Notes: generated by a model not told the origin, from the letters alone. A DNA stretch of 64,000 nucleotides from Bifidobacterium tibiigranuli (GCF_022655035.1 NZ_JALCUA010000002.1:34745-98744), one strand, 5' to 3'. Positions 42,453 through 53,560 are shown, numbered from the stretch's first letter. Program-made: numbers and translations.

Positions 42453-43580
42453 ATGAGTGAAAACAATCATCATGATCCCGCAGCGCTGAACAAGCTCGCC
42501 GAGCCGTTCGAAGTGCTGCCCAACGACAATCCCGCCTCGGATGCCAAGCGCCAGGAGCTGACGGACAAGCCGGCTTTCGGCCAGGTCTTCTCCGACAACA
42601 TGACTCACATGTCATGGACCAAGGGCGAAGGATGGTCGGATCGCCGCGTTGAGCCGTACGCCCCGCTGAAGCTGGACCCGGGCGCTTCGGTGCTGCACTA
42701 TGCGCAGGAATGCTTCGAAGGCCTCAAGGCCTACCATCACGACGACGGTTCGGTCTGGCTGTTCCGCCCGGATGCGAACGCTAACCGCTTCCGCAATTCC
42801 GCCAAGCGCCTCTACCTGCCCGAACTGCCCGTGGACGACTTCCTGGGCTCGGTCGCCGCGCTCGTCAAGCGCGATGCCGCCTGGGTGCCGACCCGCCGCG
42901 AGTACACGCTGTACATGCGCCCCTTCCTGTTCGCCTCCGAGCCCTTCCTCGGCGTGCGCGCGCCCGAAGAGGTCGACTACTGCGTGATCGCCTCGCCGTC
43001 CGGCCCGTACTTCCCCGGCGGCGTCAAGCCCGTGAACATCTGGGTTGAGGACACCTGGTTCCGCACCGGCCCCGGCGGCACTGGCTTCGCCAAGTGCGGC
43101 GGCAACTACGCAGCGTCCCTGGTCGGCGAATACCGCGGCATCGAGAACGACTGCGAGCAGGTCTGCTTCGTGGATGCGGCGACCAAGACCTACCTCGAAG
43201 AGCTCGGCGGCATGAACATGTTCGCCGTGCATAAGGACGGCCATCTCGAAACTCCGTCGCTCACCGGCAACATCCTGCCCGGCGTGACCCGCAACTCCAT
43301 CATCCAGCTCGCGCAGGATGAGGGCCGTGACGTGGTCGAGACCATGATCAAGCTGCAGGATCTGCTCGACGACATCAAGTCGGGCGAAGTCACCGAGGTG
43401 TTCGCCTGCGGCACCGCGGCGATCATCACCCCGATCGGCCACTTCAAGTCCGAGAAGTTCGATGTGACCGTCGGCGACGGCGGCTCGGGCGAGTACACCG
43501 TTGCCACCCGCAACCAGCTGCTCGGCATTCAGCTCGGCGAGATCGAAGATCCGCACGACTGGATGTGGAAGGTCTGCTGA
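42453..43580 (+). CDS. ilvE: Branched-chain amino acid aminotransferase
   Basis: LHYAQECFEGLKAY, AKCGGNYAAS, EELGGMN, ILPGVTR, FACGTAA. Confidence 0.96.
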   Translation: MSENNHHDPAALNKLAEPFEVLPNDNPASDAKRQELTDKPAFGQVFSDNMTHMSWTKGEGWSDRRVEPYAPLKLDPGASVLHYAQECFEGLKAYHHDDGSVWLFRPDANANRFRNSAKRLYLPELPVDDFLGSVAALVKRDAAWVPTRREYTLYMRPFLFASEPFLGVRAPEEVDYCVIASPSGPYFPGGVKPVNIWVEDTWFRTGPGGTGFAKCGGNYAASLVGEYRGIENDCEQVCFVDAATKTYLEELGGMNMFAVHKDGHLETPSLTGNILPGVTRNSIIQLAQDEGRDVVETMIKLQDLLDDIKSGEVTEVFACGTAAIITPIGHFKSEKFDVTVGDGGSGEYTVATRNQLLGIQLGEIEDPHDWMWKVC

Positions 43581-43604
43581 GCGGTTTTGTTTGGCTGTGA
43601 GTTA

Positions 43605-43705
43605 GGCCGGTGATCTGATTCACCGACCTCAGTTCACGGACCGTGAGCTGTACATAGACGAGGGTCTGTCGGAAATGCGTTAGCGTGTTTCCGGCAGACC
43701 CTCGT
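43605..43705. other. Stacked hairpins 3' of ilvE (terminator, REP or small RNA)
   Basis: 22-bp stem 43658-79/43684-705 containing three G-U pairs, preceded by two short hairpins at 43605-28 and 43631-49. Confidence 0.5.
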
Positions 43706-43907
43706 TGTATTGGCATGAACGTTGGAGTTAGCGCTGATCAAGAGCTGCAGAAAGAGCCGGAATCTTGGCTTGGCTGCGACTGTTTGGCGTAGCCGCGTTT
43801 GTGTCAGCCTAACCCTCTATTCTTCGGTACTGCAATAAGTAAGCATGCGTTGGCAAGTTGTTGAATCGGGTATTGAAGAACAAAGCAGACAGGCAGGGGG
43901 CGTGAGC

Positions 43908-44732
43908 ATGGAACCGGTGTTGGAAAGCAATGCGTTTTTCATGGCCATCGAATACCTCGCCATCTTCTGCTGCGGGCTTTCGGGCGGCCTGATGGCTGTG
44001 CACAAGGGGTATGACCTGTTCTCCATTCTCATGACGTCCTGGCTCACGGCTGTGGGCGGCGGCATCGTGCGTGACGTGCTGCTCGGCATCTTCCCGCCTG
44101 TGGGCATATCGGACCGGGGACTGGTGCTGACCACGCTGGCTTCGGGTCTTGTCGTGGCGGTCATCCACCCGGAAGTCGACAAGCTCAAATGGACCATGCT
44201 CGTAGTCGACGCGCTGGCGTTGGGCTTGTTCGCGGTCAATGGCACTTCGAAGGCCTTGATCTATCACGCCTCCGGCATGACTGCGGTGTTCATCGGCATG
44301 TTCACCACGCTATCCGGCGGGCTGATACGCGATGTGCTGCTCAACGAAGTGCCGGCGGTCATCAAGGACCGGCACTGGTATGCGGTGCCATCGTTCGTCG
44401 GCTGCGTGCTCACCGTGCTGCTGGGCAAGGCGCTGAGCGCCGGACTGGTCACATTCAACGCCGAGATGATCGGCGATGTGCTGATCGTAGGCATCGTAGT
44501 CGCGATGCGTATTCTCTCGGTGGTGTTCAACATCCAGCTTCCCGGCGCGTTGCGACGCCACGAGGCGCACCTGCCGCCAGTGCCGCCCGGCCGGTACCTG
44601 CGCAGGCCGGTCATTCACCCGCAGGCTCATGATTCGGGCGCGCCCGGCCATAGCCGAAATCGTGACGATGATGGCGATGCTGACAATGGCGGCGATAACG
44701 ATGGGCCGCGTGCGTCGGGCGGGGCAAAGTAG
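43908..44732 (+). CDS. TRIC/UPF0126 (YadS-like) membrane protein
   Basis: Duplicated 'GGGIVRDVLLG' and 'GGLIRDVLLNEVP', 'DALALGLFAV'. Confidence 0.9.
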   Translation: MEPVLESNAFFMAIEYLAIFCCGLSGGLMAVHKGYDLFSILMTSWLTAVGGGIVRDVLLGIFPPVGISDRGLVLTTLASGLVVAVIHPEVDKLKWTMLVVDALALGLFAVNGTSKALIYHASGMTAVFIGMFTTLSGGLIRDVLLNEVPAVIKDRHWYAVPSFVGCVLTVLLGKALSAGLVTFNAEMIGDVLIVGIVVAMRILSVVFNIQLPGALRRHEAHLPPVPPGRYLRRPVIHPQAHDSGAPGHSRNRDDDGDADNGGDNDGPRASGGAK

Positions 44733-44877
44733 TGTATGCCGGGCGGTTGGTGACCGAGCGAGGGGTTGCCGCGTGTCCGGAGGGAGCGTGCAAGCACAGG
44801 CCTAGTACGTTTGTCACGCTAACCGCGTGTTTTGCGTGATGTTGCTACGAGTGACAAACGGGGCTATGGCGTCTCGC

Positions 44878-45678
44878 CTAGGACCAGGTGACTGTTTCGA
44901 GGTTCACTCCGTTGGTGCGGGCGTTTGCCTCGATGATCTCGCGCAGCCATGTCGCAAGACCTGGTTCCTGCCGGTTGTAGTGCCCGGCGTACTCCGGGTT
45001 GGACTCGTACATACGCCCCAGCATGATCTGCATGCTGTAGGTCAGGTGGAAGTAGGAGCTGAAGGCTGCACGATGCCGTTCGGCAAGCTGATCCGCCTCG
45101 TCGCTGCCCGGCTTGACGCCGGTGCGCATTCCTGCTGCGAGCGCGGCGTCAACTTCTGCGTTGGCTTGCGCTATGGAGCTCCATTCGGCTGGGGTGCGGC
45201 TTGCCGCGTGTTCCGCATATTCGGCCCATTGCGGGGTGTCCTCCCATTGCTTGCGGGCGCGGCTCATCCAGTCAGCCTGCCATTCCGGTCCGAAGATCGC
45301 GGCCTGCTGCTGGGCGGTCAGGAGCACTCCGTTCTCACGGGCATGGATCATATGTTCCAGGCCTCGGAGCATATCCTGCAAGTGGGCGATCTGCGCGCTC
45401 ACCTGCTCGTGTTGCCTGCGCAGTTCAGCGACGGAGTCCGCATTATCGCCCTCGAGAAGGGTCTTGATACTCTTAAGCGGCATTCCGAGCTCTCGGTAGA
45501 CGATCACTCGCTGCAGACGGGCGACATCGGCGGCGGTGTAGATTCGATACCCGCGGGAGTCTCGCAAAGGCGGCGAGGCGATGCCGGTCGCGTCCCAATG
45601 GTGCAGCGTGCGCACGCTCACGCCTAAGCGGGCCGCCGTCTGCCCGATGGTCAGCCCTTGGGATGAATCGGCACTCAT
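44878..45678 (-). CDS. MerR-family regulator with C-terminal TipAS drug-binding domain (TipA/Mta-like)
   Basis: 'TIGQTAARLGVSVRTLHHWD..GI..P..RD.RGYRIY', 'LYRELGMPL..I' pattern; TipAS-like 'LAERHR...Y...LG.MY..NPEY...YN...PGLA.WL...I'. Confidence 0.9.
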   Translation of the reverse strand: MSADSSQGLTIGQTAARLGVSVRTLHHWDATGIASPPLRDSRGYRIYTAADVARLQRVIVYRELGMPLKSIKTLLEGDNADSVAELRRQHEQVSAQIAHLQDMLRGLEHMIHARENGVLLTAQQQAAIFGPEWQADWMSRARKQWEDTPQWAEYAEHAASRTPAEWSSIAQANAEVDAALAAGMRTGVKPGSDEADQLAERHRAAFSSYFHLTYSMQIMLGRMYESNPEYAGHYNRQEPGLATWLREIIEANARTNGVNLETVTWS

Positions 45679-45689
45679 CTGGGTTCTCC

Positions 45690-46250
45690 TTATGCGTCCG
45701 GGGTTTCTTCGGGCCCGACGATTCCGATGCCTGCGAGATTGCGGGCCTCCTGGCTTGCCGGGTCGAAGGGCTTTGCTGCGGTGAAGATCACGCGCAGGCG
45801 CTCCGGGGTCGTGATTTCGAGATCAACGGTATTCCACGGGGTGGCCCTCGGCTCTTTGACGCATCCGGGGCGCATCGACTCGCAGGCTGCGGCGATGCTC
45901 TCGATTTCGCTCAGCACACATGCGAAGCTCAAGCTCGCCGTCGGCGCAGCGTCAATGTCTGTGTCTGTGTCGATGTCGGTGTCCGTGTCGGCTTGTGCGG
46001 CGGCCGGCACAAGGAGGACGTCCTGGAACGCCCACCGCCGCAGGTGCGTGAGGCTTCCCGGGATGGCGAACAGGTTGAAGAAGCCCAGAGCGTCTCGCCA
46101 GAATCGTTTCGATGCAGCAAGGTCGCGGGTGGGCACGATGACGAACATCGGCATCCCGTAGATGCCGCGGAACGGCTCAGGCGCCGCAACTGCATCCACG
46201 CTGGGCGTAGGGACTGGACTCATTTCAAAGGCGTTGTAGTAATTGCTCAT
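45690..46250 (-). CDS. VOC (glyoxalase/bleomycin-resistance) family protein
   Basis: 'IYGMPMFV...DLAAS..FW...LGF', 'TPWNT.DL.I.TPE..RVIFT'; acidic (TD)n insert. Confidence 0.8.
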   Translation of the reverse strand: MSNYYNAFEMSPVPTPSVDAVAAPEPFRGIYGMPMFVIVPTRDLAASKRFWRDALGFFNLFAIPGSLTHLRRWAFQDVLLVPAAAQADTDTDIDTDTDIDAAPTASLSFACVLSEIESIAAACESMRPGCVKEPRATPWNTVDLEITTPERLRVIFTAAKPFDPASQEARNLAGIGIVGPEETPDA

Positions 46251-46257
46251 AAACCTA

Positions 46258-46288
46258 AGCTTCCCGCCTGACGCAGCGTGAGGGTCAA
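46258..46288 (-). promoter_or_regulatory. MerR-type promoter with dyad operator in a 19-bp spacer; probably a leaderless transcript
   Basis: Minus strand TTGACC-CTCACGCTGCGTCAGGCGG(19 nt)-GAAGCT-7 nt-ATG; dyad CCTCACG-CTG-CGTCAGG (46267-46283). Confidence 0.7.
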
Positions 46289-46383
46289 GTTTCAGGCGTG
46301 TCGCAGAACCGTTCCGTTGGTGTCGCTGCGAACCCCGATGAGCAGGCATCAGCCAGGTCTGACAATCGCGATACGCTCAGGGC

Positions 46384-46950
46384 ATGAGGGCCTTCGTGGA
46401 GAAAAACAACGCAATGACGATAGGCGCGCGGACCGTGGTACTGGTCATTGACTTGCAGCGTGGCGTGATGACTGAATGCTTTGACGCTAACCGTGTGCTA
46501 ACGCGCGCAGCGGACCTCGTCGCCCGGGCACGCGAAAATGGTACAGCTATCGTATGGGTGCAGGACGACGGTGTCGCGCTCGGCACTCCCGACTGGGAAT
46601 TGGCCGCGCCATTGAGCCGAAACGATGACGAGCCATTAGTACGTAAGACCTACCGCGACGCCTTTGCAGACACCAATCTGAAAAGCGTGCTTGACGGCTT
46701 GGGAGTAACCAGACTGGTGGTCGCAGGGGCGCAGTCGGACTACTGCATCCGAACCACGGTGCAACGTGCAGCAGCGGAAGGATACGACATCACCCTGGTC
46801 AGCGACGCCCATACCACGACCAGCGCTGAATGGGATGGCGTCACGATCACAGGTGAACAGATCGTGGCGCACACCAACCGGTACTTCAGCGGCTTGCGCT
46901 ACCCCGGGCAGATCTGCGATATCGCAACTCACGATGCAGTGAGGCTCTAG
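46384..46950 (+). CDS. Isochorismatase-family cysteine hydrolase
   Basis: [37 protein letters not shown]. Confidence 0.92.
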   Translation: MRAFVEKNNAMTIGARTVVLVIDLQRGVMTECFDANRVLTRAADLVARARENGTAIVWVQDDGVALGTPDWELAAPLSRNDDEPLVRKTYRDAFADTNLKSVLDGLGVTRLVVAGAQSDYCIRTTVQRAAAEGYDITLVSDAHTTTSAEWDGVTITGEQIVAHTNRYFSGLRYPGQICDIATHDAVRL

Positions 46951-47022
46951 CGTCACCATCGTCCGTACAGCAAAGACCCTTCAACTAGCAACCACACTCA
47001 GACCGCGCAAGACCGGACATGC

Positions 47023-47055
47023 AAAAAGCCCGCAGGCGTGAACCTGCGGGCTTTT
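47023..47055. terminator. Bidirectional terminator between the isochorismatase gene and rpsT
   Basis: AAAAGCCCGCAGG/CCTGCGGGCTTTT. Confidence 0.85.
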
Positions 47056-47084
47056 ACAAGCGATGGGTCATCAGACCCGTCACA

Positions 47085-47345
47085 TCACAGCGCGTTAATC
47101 GCGACGGCGAGACCGGACTTGCGGTTGGCAGCCTGATTCTTGTGAATCACGCCACGGCCGGCGGCCTTGTCAAGCTTCTGCGCGGCGACCTGGTAGGCAG
47201 CCTCAGCAGCTTCCTTGTCACCCGCATCGATGGCCTGACGCGTGGCGCGAATCGAGGTCTTGAGACCCGACTTCACAGCCACGTTGCGCTGGTGCGCCTT
47301 CTCATTGGTGAGAACGCGCTTCTTCTGCGACTTAATGTTTGCCAC
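47085..47345 (-). CDS. rpsT: 30S ribosomal protein S20
   Basis: [15 protein letters not shown]...RN...[21 protein letters not shown]. Confidence 0.98.
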   Translation of the reverse strand: MANIKSQKKRVLTNEKAHQRNVAVKSGLKTSIRATRQAIDAGDKEAAEAAYQVAAQKLDKAAGRGVIHKNQAANRKSGLAVAINAL

Positions 47346-47612
47346 TATCTACTCCAAACAACGTTTTCTATAAGGACATACAAACAAGTATGTTAACACC
47401 ACATTCGGATAATCCCTATGTGGTGGCATGGGTGTTGCCTTGCGCGCTGTGGTGCATGTTGCTCAAGGCCGTACTGCAATGCCTACAGCAGCCGGTAGAC
47501 TGGTGTGGTTGTGAAGCAGAGGCTGCACTGACATTCGTTGGAGGCACAGCCGCAGAAGCAGCGCATGGAATGGCACGTTGGCAGCAACAAGCAGCAAGGA
47601 GACGCACGTCAA

Positions 47613-49490
<1,878 letters not shown>

Positions 49491-49519
49491 TAAGTGATGA
49501 CGAAGTCATCGTCGGTCTT

Positions 49520-49617
49520 TAGCCGAGGTGAGCAGCCGCTAAGGCTGCGAGGGCAGCGTTGGAAGCTGGTACCTTCTCATGTTTGAGGTATACATCCATG
49601 TCCCTTTCTGCATCCGA
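49520..49617 (+). pseudogene. Diverged duplicate of the hemW upstream region and first 13 codons
   Basis: 49520-49617 matches 49656-49753 at a 136-bp offset; ATG 49579 reads MFEVYIHVPFCIR versus the true MFEVYVHVPFCIR. Confidence 0.75.
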
Positions 49618-49618
49618 T

Positions 49619-49688
49619 GCCGAGGCGTGAAGCGGACAGCACGGTGTGCTGTTCGTAGCCGAGGTGAGCAGCCGCTAAGGCTGCGAAG
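49619..49688. repeat. Second copy (opposite orientation) of the 70-nt structured repeat
   Basis: Ungapped alignment to the reverse complement of 20020-20089; a partial third copy at 49520-49550. Confidence 0.8.
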
Positions 49689-49714
49689 GCAGCGTTGGAA
49701 GTTGGCATATTATC

Positions 49715-51067
49715 ATGTTTGAGGTTTATGTCCATGTTCCGTTCTGCATCCGACGCTGCGGCTACTGCGATTTCAACACGTACACCTCGCCGGATATGGG
49801 CGGCGGGGCAAGTCGAAGCAACTATGCCACGATGGCGATTGCGGAGATGCGGCTGGTCAAGCGCTGGCAGTACGAGCACGGCATTGTCGAGCCCGCCGCA
49901 TCGACGGTGTTCTTCGGCGGCGGCACTCCCACGATTCTGCCCGCCGATGACCTCGCACGCATGCTGCACGCCGTCGAACAGCTCTGGGGGCTGGAACCGG
50001 GCGCGGAAATCACCACGGAAGCCAATCCTGACACCGTTGATGAGGATTACGTTGCCGCGCTTGCGGACGCTGGCTTCACGCGGATTTCCTTCGGTATGCA
50101 GTCGGCGGTGCCGCGCGTGCTCAAGACGCTCGACCGCACGCACACGCCTGCAAATGTCGAAGCGGGGGTTCGGGCCGCCAACAAGGCCGGAATCCGCTCA
50201 AGCGTGGATCTGATCTACGGCACGCCGGGGGAGAGCCTGGGGGACTGGCGCTACTCCGTGAAAACGGCGGTCGATCTGGGCGTCAACCATATTTCCGCAT
50301 ACGCGCTCACGCTGGAACCGACGACGAAAATGGGCCGTATGGTGCGTTCCGGTCGGTTACCGAAGCCCGATGATGACGACGAAGCGAACAAGTATGAAAT
50401 AGCCGAGGACCTGTTCTCCGCAGCGGGTTTGCAATGGTACGAGGTATCGAACTGGGCGCGGCCGGGCTATGAGAGCCAACATAACCTCGGCTATTGGCGC
50501 AATGTCGACTGGGCGGGCATCGGGCCAGGTGCGCACAGTCACTACAATCGCGCGTCGGCGAGCCGCTTGACTGGACTCGCGCAGCCCGATGATCACGACG
50601 CGGCAAAGTATGAACTGCATCCGCTGCAGGCAGGGGTCAGGGCGTGGGATATCAAGCATCCACGCGTGTGGGGCGAGTCGATTTCAAGTGACACGGTGCC
50701 GTGGCAGGGCCAAGAGGCCATCACTGCCAAGGAGAACCTCGAAGAGCTCATCATGCTTGGACTGCGTCTGCGTGAAGGTCTTGACCTGAACCGAATCGAT
50801 CGGGCGATGCGCGAGCCTAACGGCGACAATGCTATAGGCAGCGTTCATGCGAACTATTCCAAGGTAGACGATATTGCTGCGGCTGATTCCGTTACCCTCG
50901 GTACAGCCAATAATCACAACGATTTCGCCCTGCGACGCACACGCATCGCCAAACTGGCCGATGACGGCCTACTCACGATTCACGGCAACCGCGTGGTCCC
51001 CACCCTGCGCGGCCGCCTGCTCAACGACTACCTCATCGAGCAGTTCTTCGACATGGTTGGCCTATAA
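49715..51067 (+). CDS. hemW: Radical SAM heme chaperone HemW (HemN-like)
   Basis: YVHVPFCIRRCGYCDFNTY (CxxxCxxC), FFGGGTPT, TTEANP, RISFGMQS, DLIYGTPG, YEVSNWA, HNLGYW; follows lepA. Confidence 0.92.
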   Translation: MFEVYVHVPFCIRRCGYCDFNTYTSPDMGGGASRSNYATMAIAEMRLVKRWQYEHGIVEPAASTVFFGGGTPTILPADDLARMLHAVEQLWGLEPGAEITTEANPDTVDEDYVAALADAGFTRISFGMQSAVPRVLKTLDRTHTPANVEAGVRAANKAGIRSSVDLIYGTPGESLGDWRYSVKTAVDLGVNHISAYALTLEPTTKMGRMVRSGRLPKPDDDDEANKYEIAEDLFSAAGLQWYEVSNWARPGYESQHNLGYWRNVDWAGIGPGAHSHYNRASASRLTGLAQPDDHDAAKYELHPLQAGVRAWDIKHPRVWGESISSDTVPWQGQEAITAKENLEELIMLGLRLREGLDLNRIDRAMREPNGDNAIGSVHANYSKVDDIAAADSVTLGTANNHNDFALRRTRIAKLADDGLLTIHGNRVVPTLRGRLLNDYLIEQFFDMVGL

Positions 51068-51074
51068 CGTTCGG

Positions 51075-51240
51075 CTCACACTTTTTGCAGCGTTCTGAAA
51101 AAGTGTGAGGCAAGCGAACAAATCGTGTTCGCCTTCTACGAGTGGTAATCATTGAATTTCAGCCATTTGCACAGCAAAAAGCTACCATCGACTCTGTTCG
51201 ATTGCCTCACACTTTTTCGAAGCACTTCAAAAAGTGTGAG
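51075..51240. repeat. Two CTCACACTTTTT-N11-AAAAAGTGTGAG palindromic units in mutually inverted orientation
   Basis: Units at 51075-51109 and 51206-51240; flanks GG...GCAA versus TTGC...CC show that the second is the reverse complement of the first. Confidence 0.8.
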
Positions 51241-51294
51241 CCAAGAACTTGGCGCAAGCCCCTCCGTGCGCACCATATGACTACCATGGCTTGC

Positions 51295-52851
51295 ATGAGC
51301 TATGTTGCGACATTCGATGCGGGGACTACGGCGGTCAAGGCGGCGCTGACTGACGACGATGGCGGCATTGTTGCGTCGTGCTCGAGCGATGCGATGCCAT
51401 TATTCATTGGCGATGGGCATCAGGAGCAGGACCCGCGCGACTGGTGGCGGGCGTTCCTGCAAGCGGCTCACACCATGCTGGCGAAGGCTGCGCAATCCGT
51501 GCCAGAGTTCGACCCGGCCAGCATTCTCGGCATTATCATGAGCGGGCAGATGCAGGATGTCATCGCGCTCGATGAGCAGCTGAACCCGGTGCGCCGCGCG
51601 ATGCTCTATTCGGACGGTCGTGCCGATCGAGAGGCGCGTGAACTGGCGGAAATCGTAGGTGACACGGCCTTCCACAAGCTGACCGGCAATCAGCTCGAAG
51701 GCTCGCTGCCGTTGCTCAAACTCATGTGGTTCAAACGCCACGAGCCGCAGAATTTCGCGAAAACACGTCATGTATTGTTCGATGCCAAGGACTATCTCAT
51801 TGCCCGGCTGACAGGGGCATTGGTGGCCGACGTCGTCGCCAGCTCCACAGTCGGGGCGATGGATATCCGCCAGCGCGCATGGAGTAGCAGCCTTATCGAT
51901 GCGGCAGGCATGGATGAGGCCCTGTTTCCGGCGTTGCACAATCCAGAGGACCGCGTGGGCGAGGTCACCAGTCAGGCCGCAGAGCTGACCGGATTCGCGC
52001 CCGGCACGCCTGTGTTCGCTGGCATCGGGGACGCGGGAGCCACCACGCTTGCCAGCGGTGTGACCAAGCCCGGCGAATACAACATCAACATCGGTACTTC
52101 CGGATGGATCGCCACCGTTTCGCCCGAACCGATCACGGACCGGGCTGGCGTCGCGAATCTCGCCTGCACTACGGCGGGAGGCACACGCAATGGCGTCAGC
52201 AGTAGCGTTATCAATGGCGTGCCGTTCCTTAATGCCGGCAACGTGCATCACTGGGTTACGTCCGTGTTCGCGGGGAATGGTGGTGACGAAGACCGTGATT
52301 GTGAAGACACCAGCAGCGTCGTCGATTACGACCGCATGAGCGAGATGCTGGCTCGTAGCACGCCCGGCAGTAATGGCGTGCTGTGCCTGCCATACCTCTC
52401 CGGTGAGCGTTTTCCGGTGATGAACGCTTCCATCCGCGGCGCCTACGTCGGGCTCTCAGCCGATACGTCGGCTGCGGATATGGCGCGGGCGGCGCTCGAA
52501 GGAGTTGCCTTTTCCATCCGCCAAGGCTTGGAGACCTTCGACGCCGCACCGTCGGAGATCACGCTGATCGGCGGGGGAGCGCGGGAGCATGTCTGGTGCC
52601 AGATCATGGCCGATGTTCTCGGCCGCCCCATCGAAGTGTTCCGCAACGCGGACGTCATGCCGGCCGCCGCGCTTTCGTTCCTAGTGCATTACGCGCTCGG
52701 GCGTTTTGCCTCGCTCGATGAGGTCACGGCCCGACTGCGTACCTGCCGCGACAGCGTCACCTATGAGCCGGATGGGGAAACCGTGCGCCTGTACGATGTG
52801 GTCTACAGTCGTTATCGTGCGCTGTATCCGGCCATTAATGGGCTTGGATGA
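51295..52851 (+). CDS. FGGY-family carbohydrate kinase (xylulokinase-like)
   Basis: FDAGTTAVKA, SGQMQ, YSDGRA, GIGDAGA, NIGTSGW, LPYLSGERFP, LEGVAF, GGGAR. Confidence 0.88.
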   Translation: MSYVATFDAGTTAVKAALTDDDGGIVASCSSDAMPLFIGDGHQEQDPRDWWRAFLQAAHTMLAKAAQSVPEFDPASILGIIMSGQMQDVIALDEQLNPVRRAMLYSDGRADREARELAEIVGDTAFHKLTGNQLEGSLPLLKLMWFKRHEPQNFAKTRHVLFDAKDYLIARLTGALVADVVASSTVGAMDIRQRAWSSSLIDAAGMDEALFPALHNPEDRVGEVTSQAAELTGFAPGTPVFAGIGDAGATTLASGVTKPGEYNINIGTSGWIATVSPEPITDRAGVANLACTTAGGTRNGVSSSVINGVPFLNAGNVHHWVTSVFAGNGGDEDRDCEDTSSVVDYDRMSEMLARSTPGSNGVLCLPYLSGERFPVMNASIRGAYVGLSADTSAADMARAALEGVAFSIRQGLETFDAAPSEITLIGGGAREHVWCQIMADVLGRPIEVFRNADVMPAAALSFLVHYALGRFASLDEVTARLRTCRDSVTYEPDGETVRLYDVVYSRYRALYPAINGLG

Positions 52852-52880
52852 GTGAGATTTGGCGCTTATCGCACTGACAA

Positions 52881-52989
52881 TGCCCCTTTCGTGACGCTTA
52901 TTCGTAGCTAGCGTCACAAAAGGGGCAGTATCCCGTGAGCAGTGCCCCTTTCGTGACGGATACTGACGGTAAGCGTCACGAAAGGGGCA
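52881..52989. repeat. Two tandem TGCCCCTTTCGTGACG/CGTCACRAAAGGGGCA hairpins
   Basis: 52881-52927 and 52943-52989; the same 15-mer GCCCCTTTCGTGACG recurs at 59938-59952. Confidence 0.8.
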
Positions 52990-53029
52990 TAGCGACTGGG
53001 AAGGAACATACAAAATAGGGAGGCATATC

Positions 53030-53497
53030 ATGATCGACCATATGACGCTGCATGTGCGCGACGTCGAGCGCAGCATCGCATTCTATACGGTGGCGCTCGC
53101 TCCGCTTGACTATGTGGTGAAGGCGCATCACGAGCCTACGCTCGGATTCGGCGTCGATGACGGCACGCCACATTCCGATTTCTACGTTTCGCCGCTTGAT
53201 GAGGGTGCGGCTGACAGCGTGACCAACAACGCGGCTAATGGCACAGTCGAGCATCCACATGGGCAATCATTGCAGCAGCCATACGCGCCAACCCACATCT
53301 CCTTCCTCGCGCCAGACCGCGCCGCAGTGCAGGCATTCTACGATGCGGCGCTCGCCGTCGGCGGGCATGACAATGGGGCTCCCGGCCCGCGCCCGTACCA
53401 TGCGGGCTACTATGCGGCGTTCGTGCTGGACCCGGACGGCAACAACATCGAGGCCGTGGTCGATTGGAGTCATGACACCGGTTCCGCGACTGCTTGA
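53030..53497 (+). CDS. VOC (glyoxalase-like) family protein
   Basis: MIDHMTL.V.D...S.AFY..ALAPL, HISF.A..RAAV.AFY.AAL..GG.DNG.PG.RPYH.GYYAAFVLDPDGNNIEAV. Confidence 0.92.
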   Translation: MIDHMTLHVRDVERSIAFYTVALAPLDYVVKAHHEPTLGFGVDDGTPHSDFYVSPLDEGAADSVTNNAANGTVEHPHGQSLQQPYAPTHISFLAPDRAAVQAFYDAALAVGGHDNGAPGPRPYHAGYYAAFVLDPDGNNIEAVVDWSHDTGSATA

Positions 53498-53560
53498 AGG
53501 CGGTCCTATAAAGACGAGGTAAGGGAAGAGAACGCATAAGCCAGCCGTTACGCCCTTAGC

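Noticed and set aside
51075-51109. CRP/FNR-like TGTGA site
   Set aside because: Half-sites are in the wrong order and spacing (TCACA...TGTGA about 21 nt apart instead of TGTGA-N6-TCACA).
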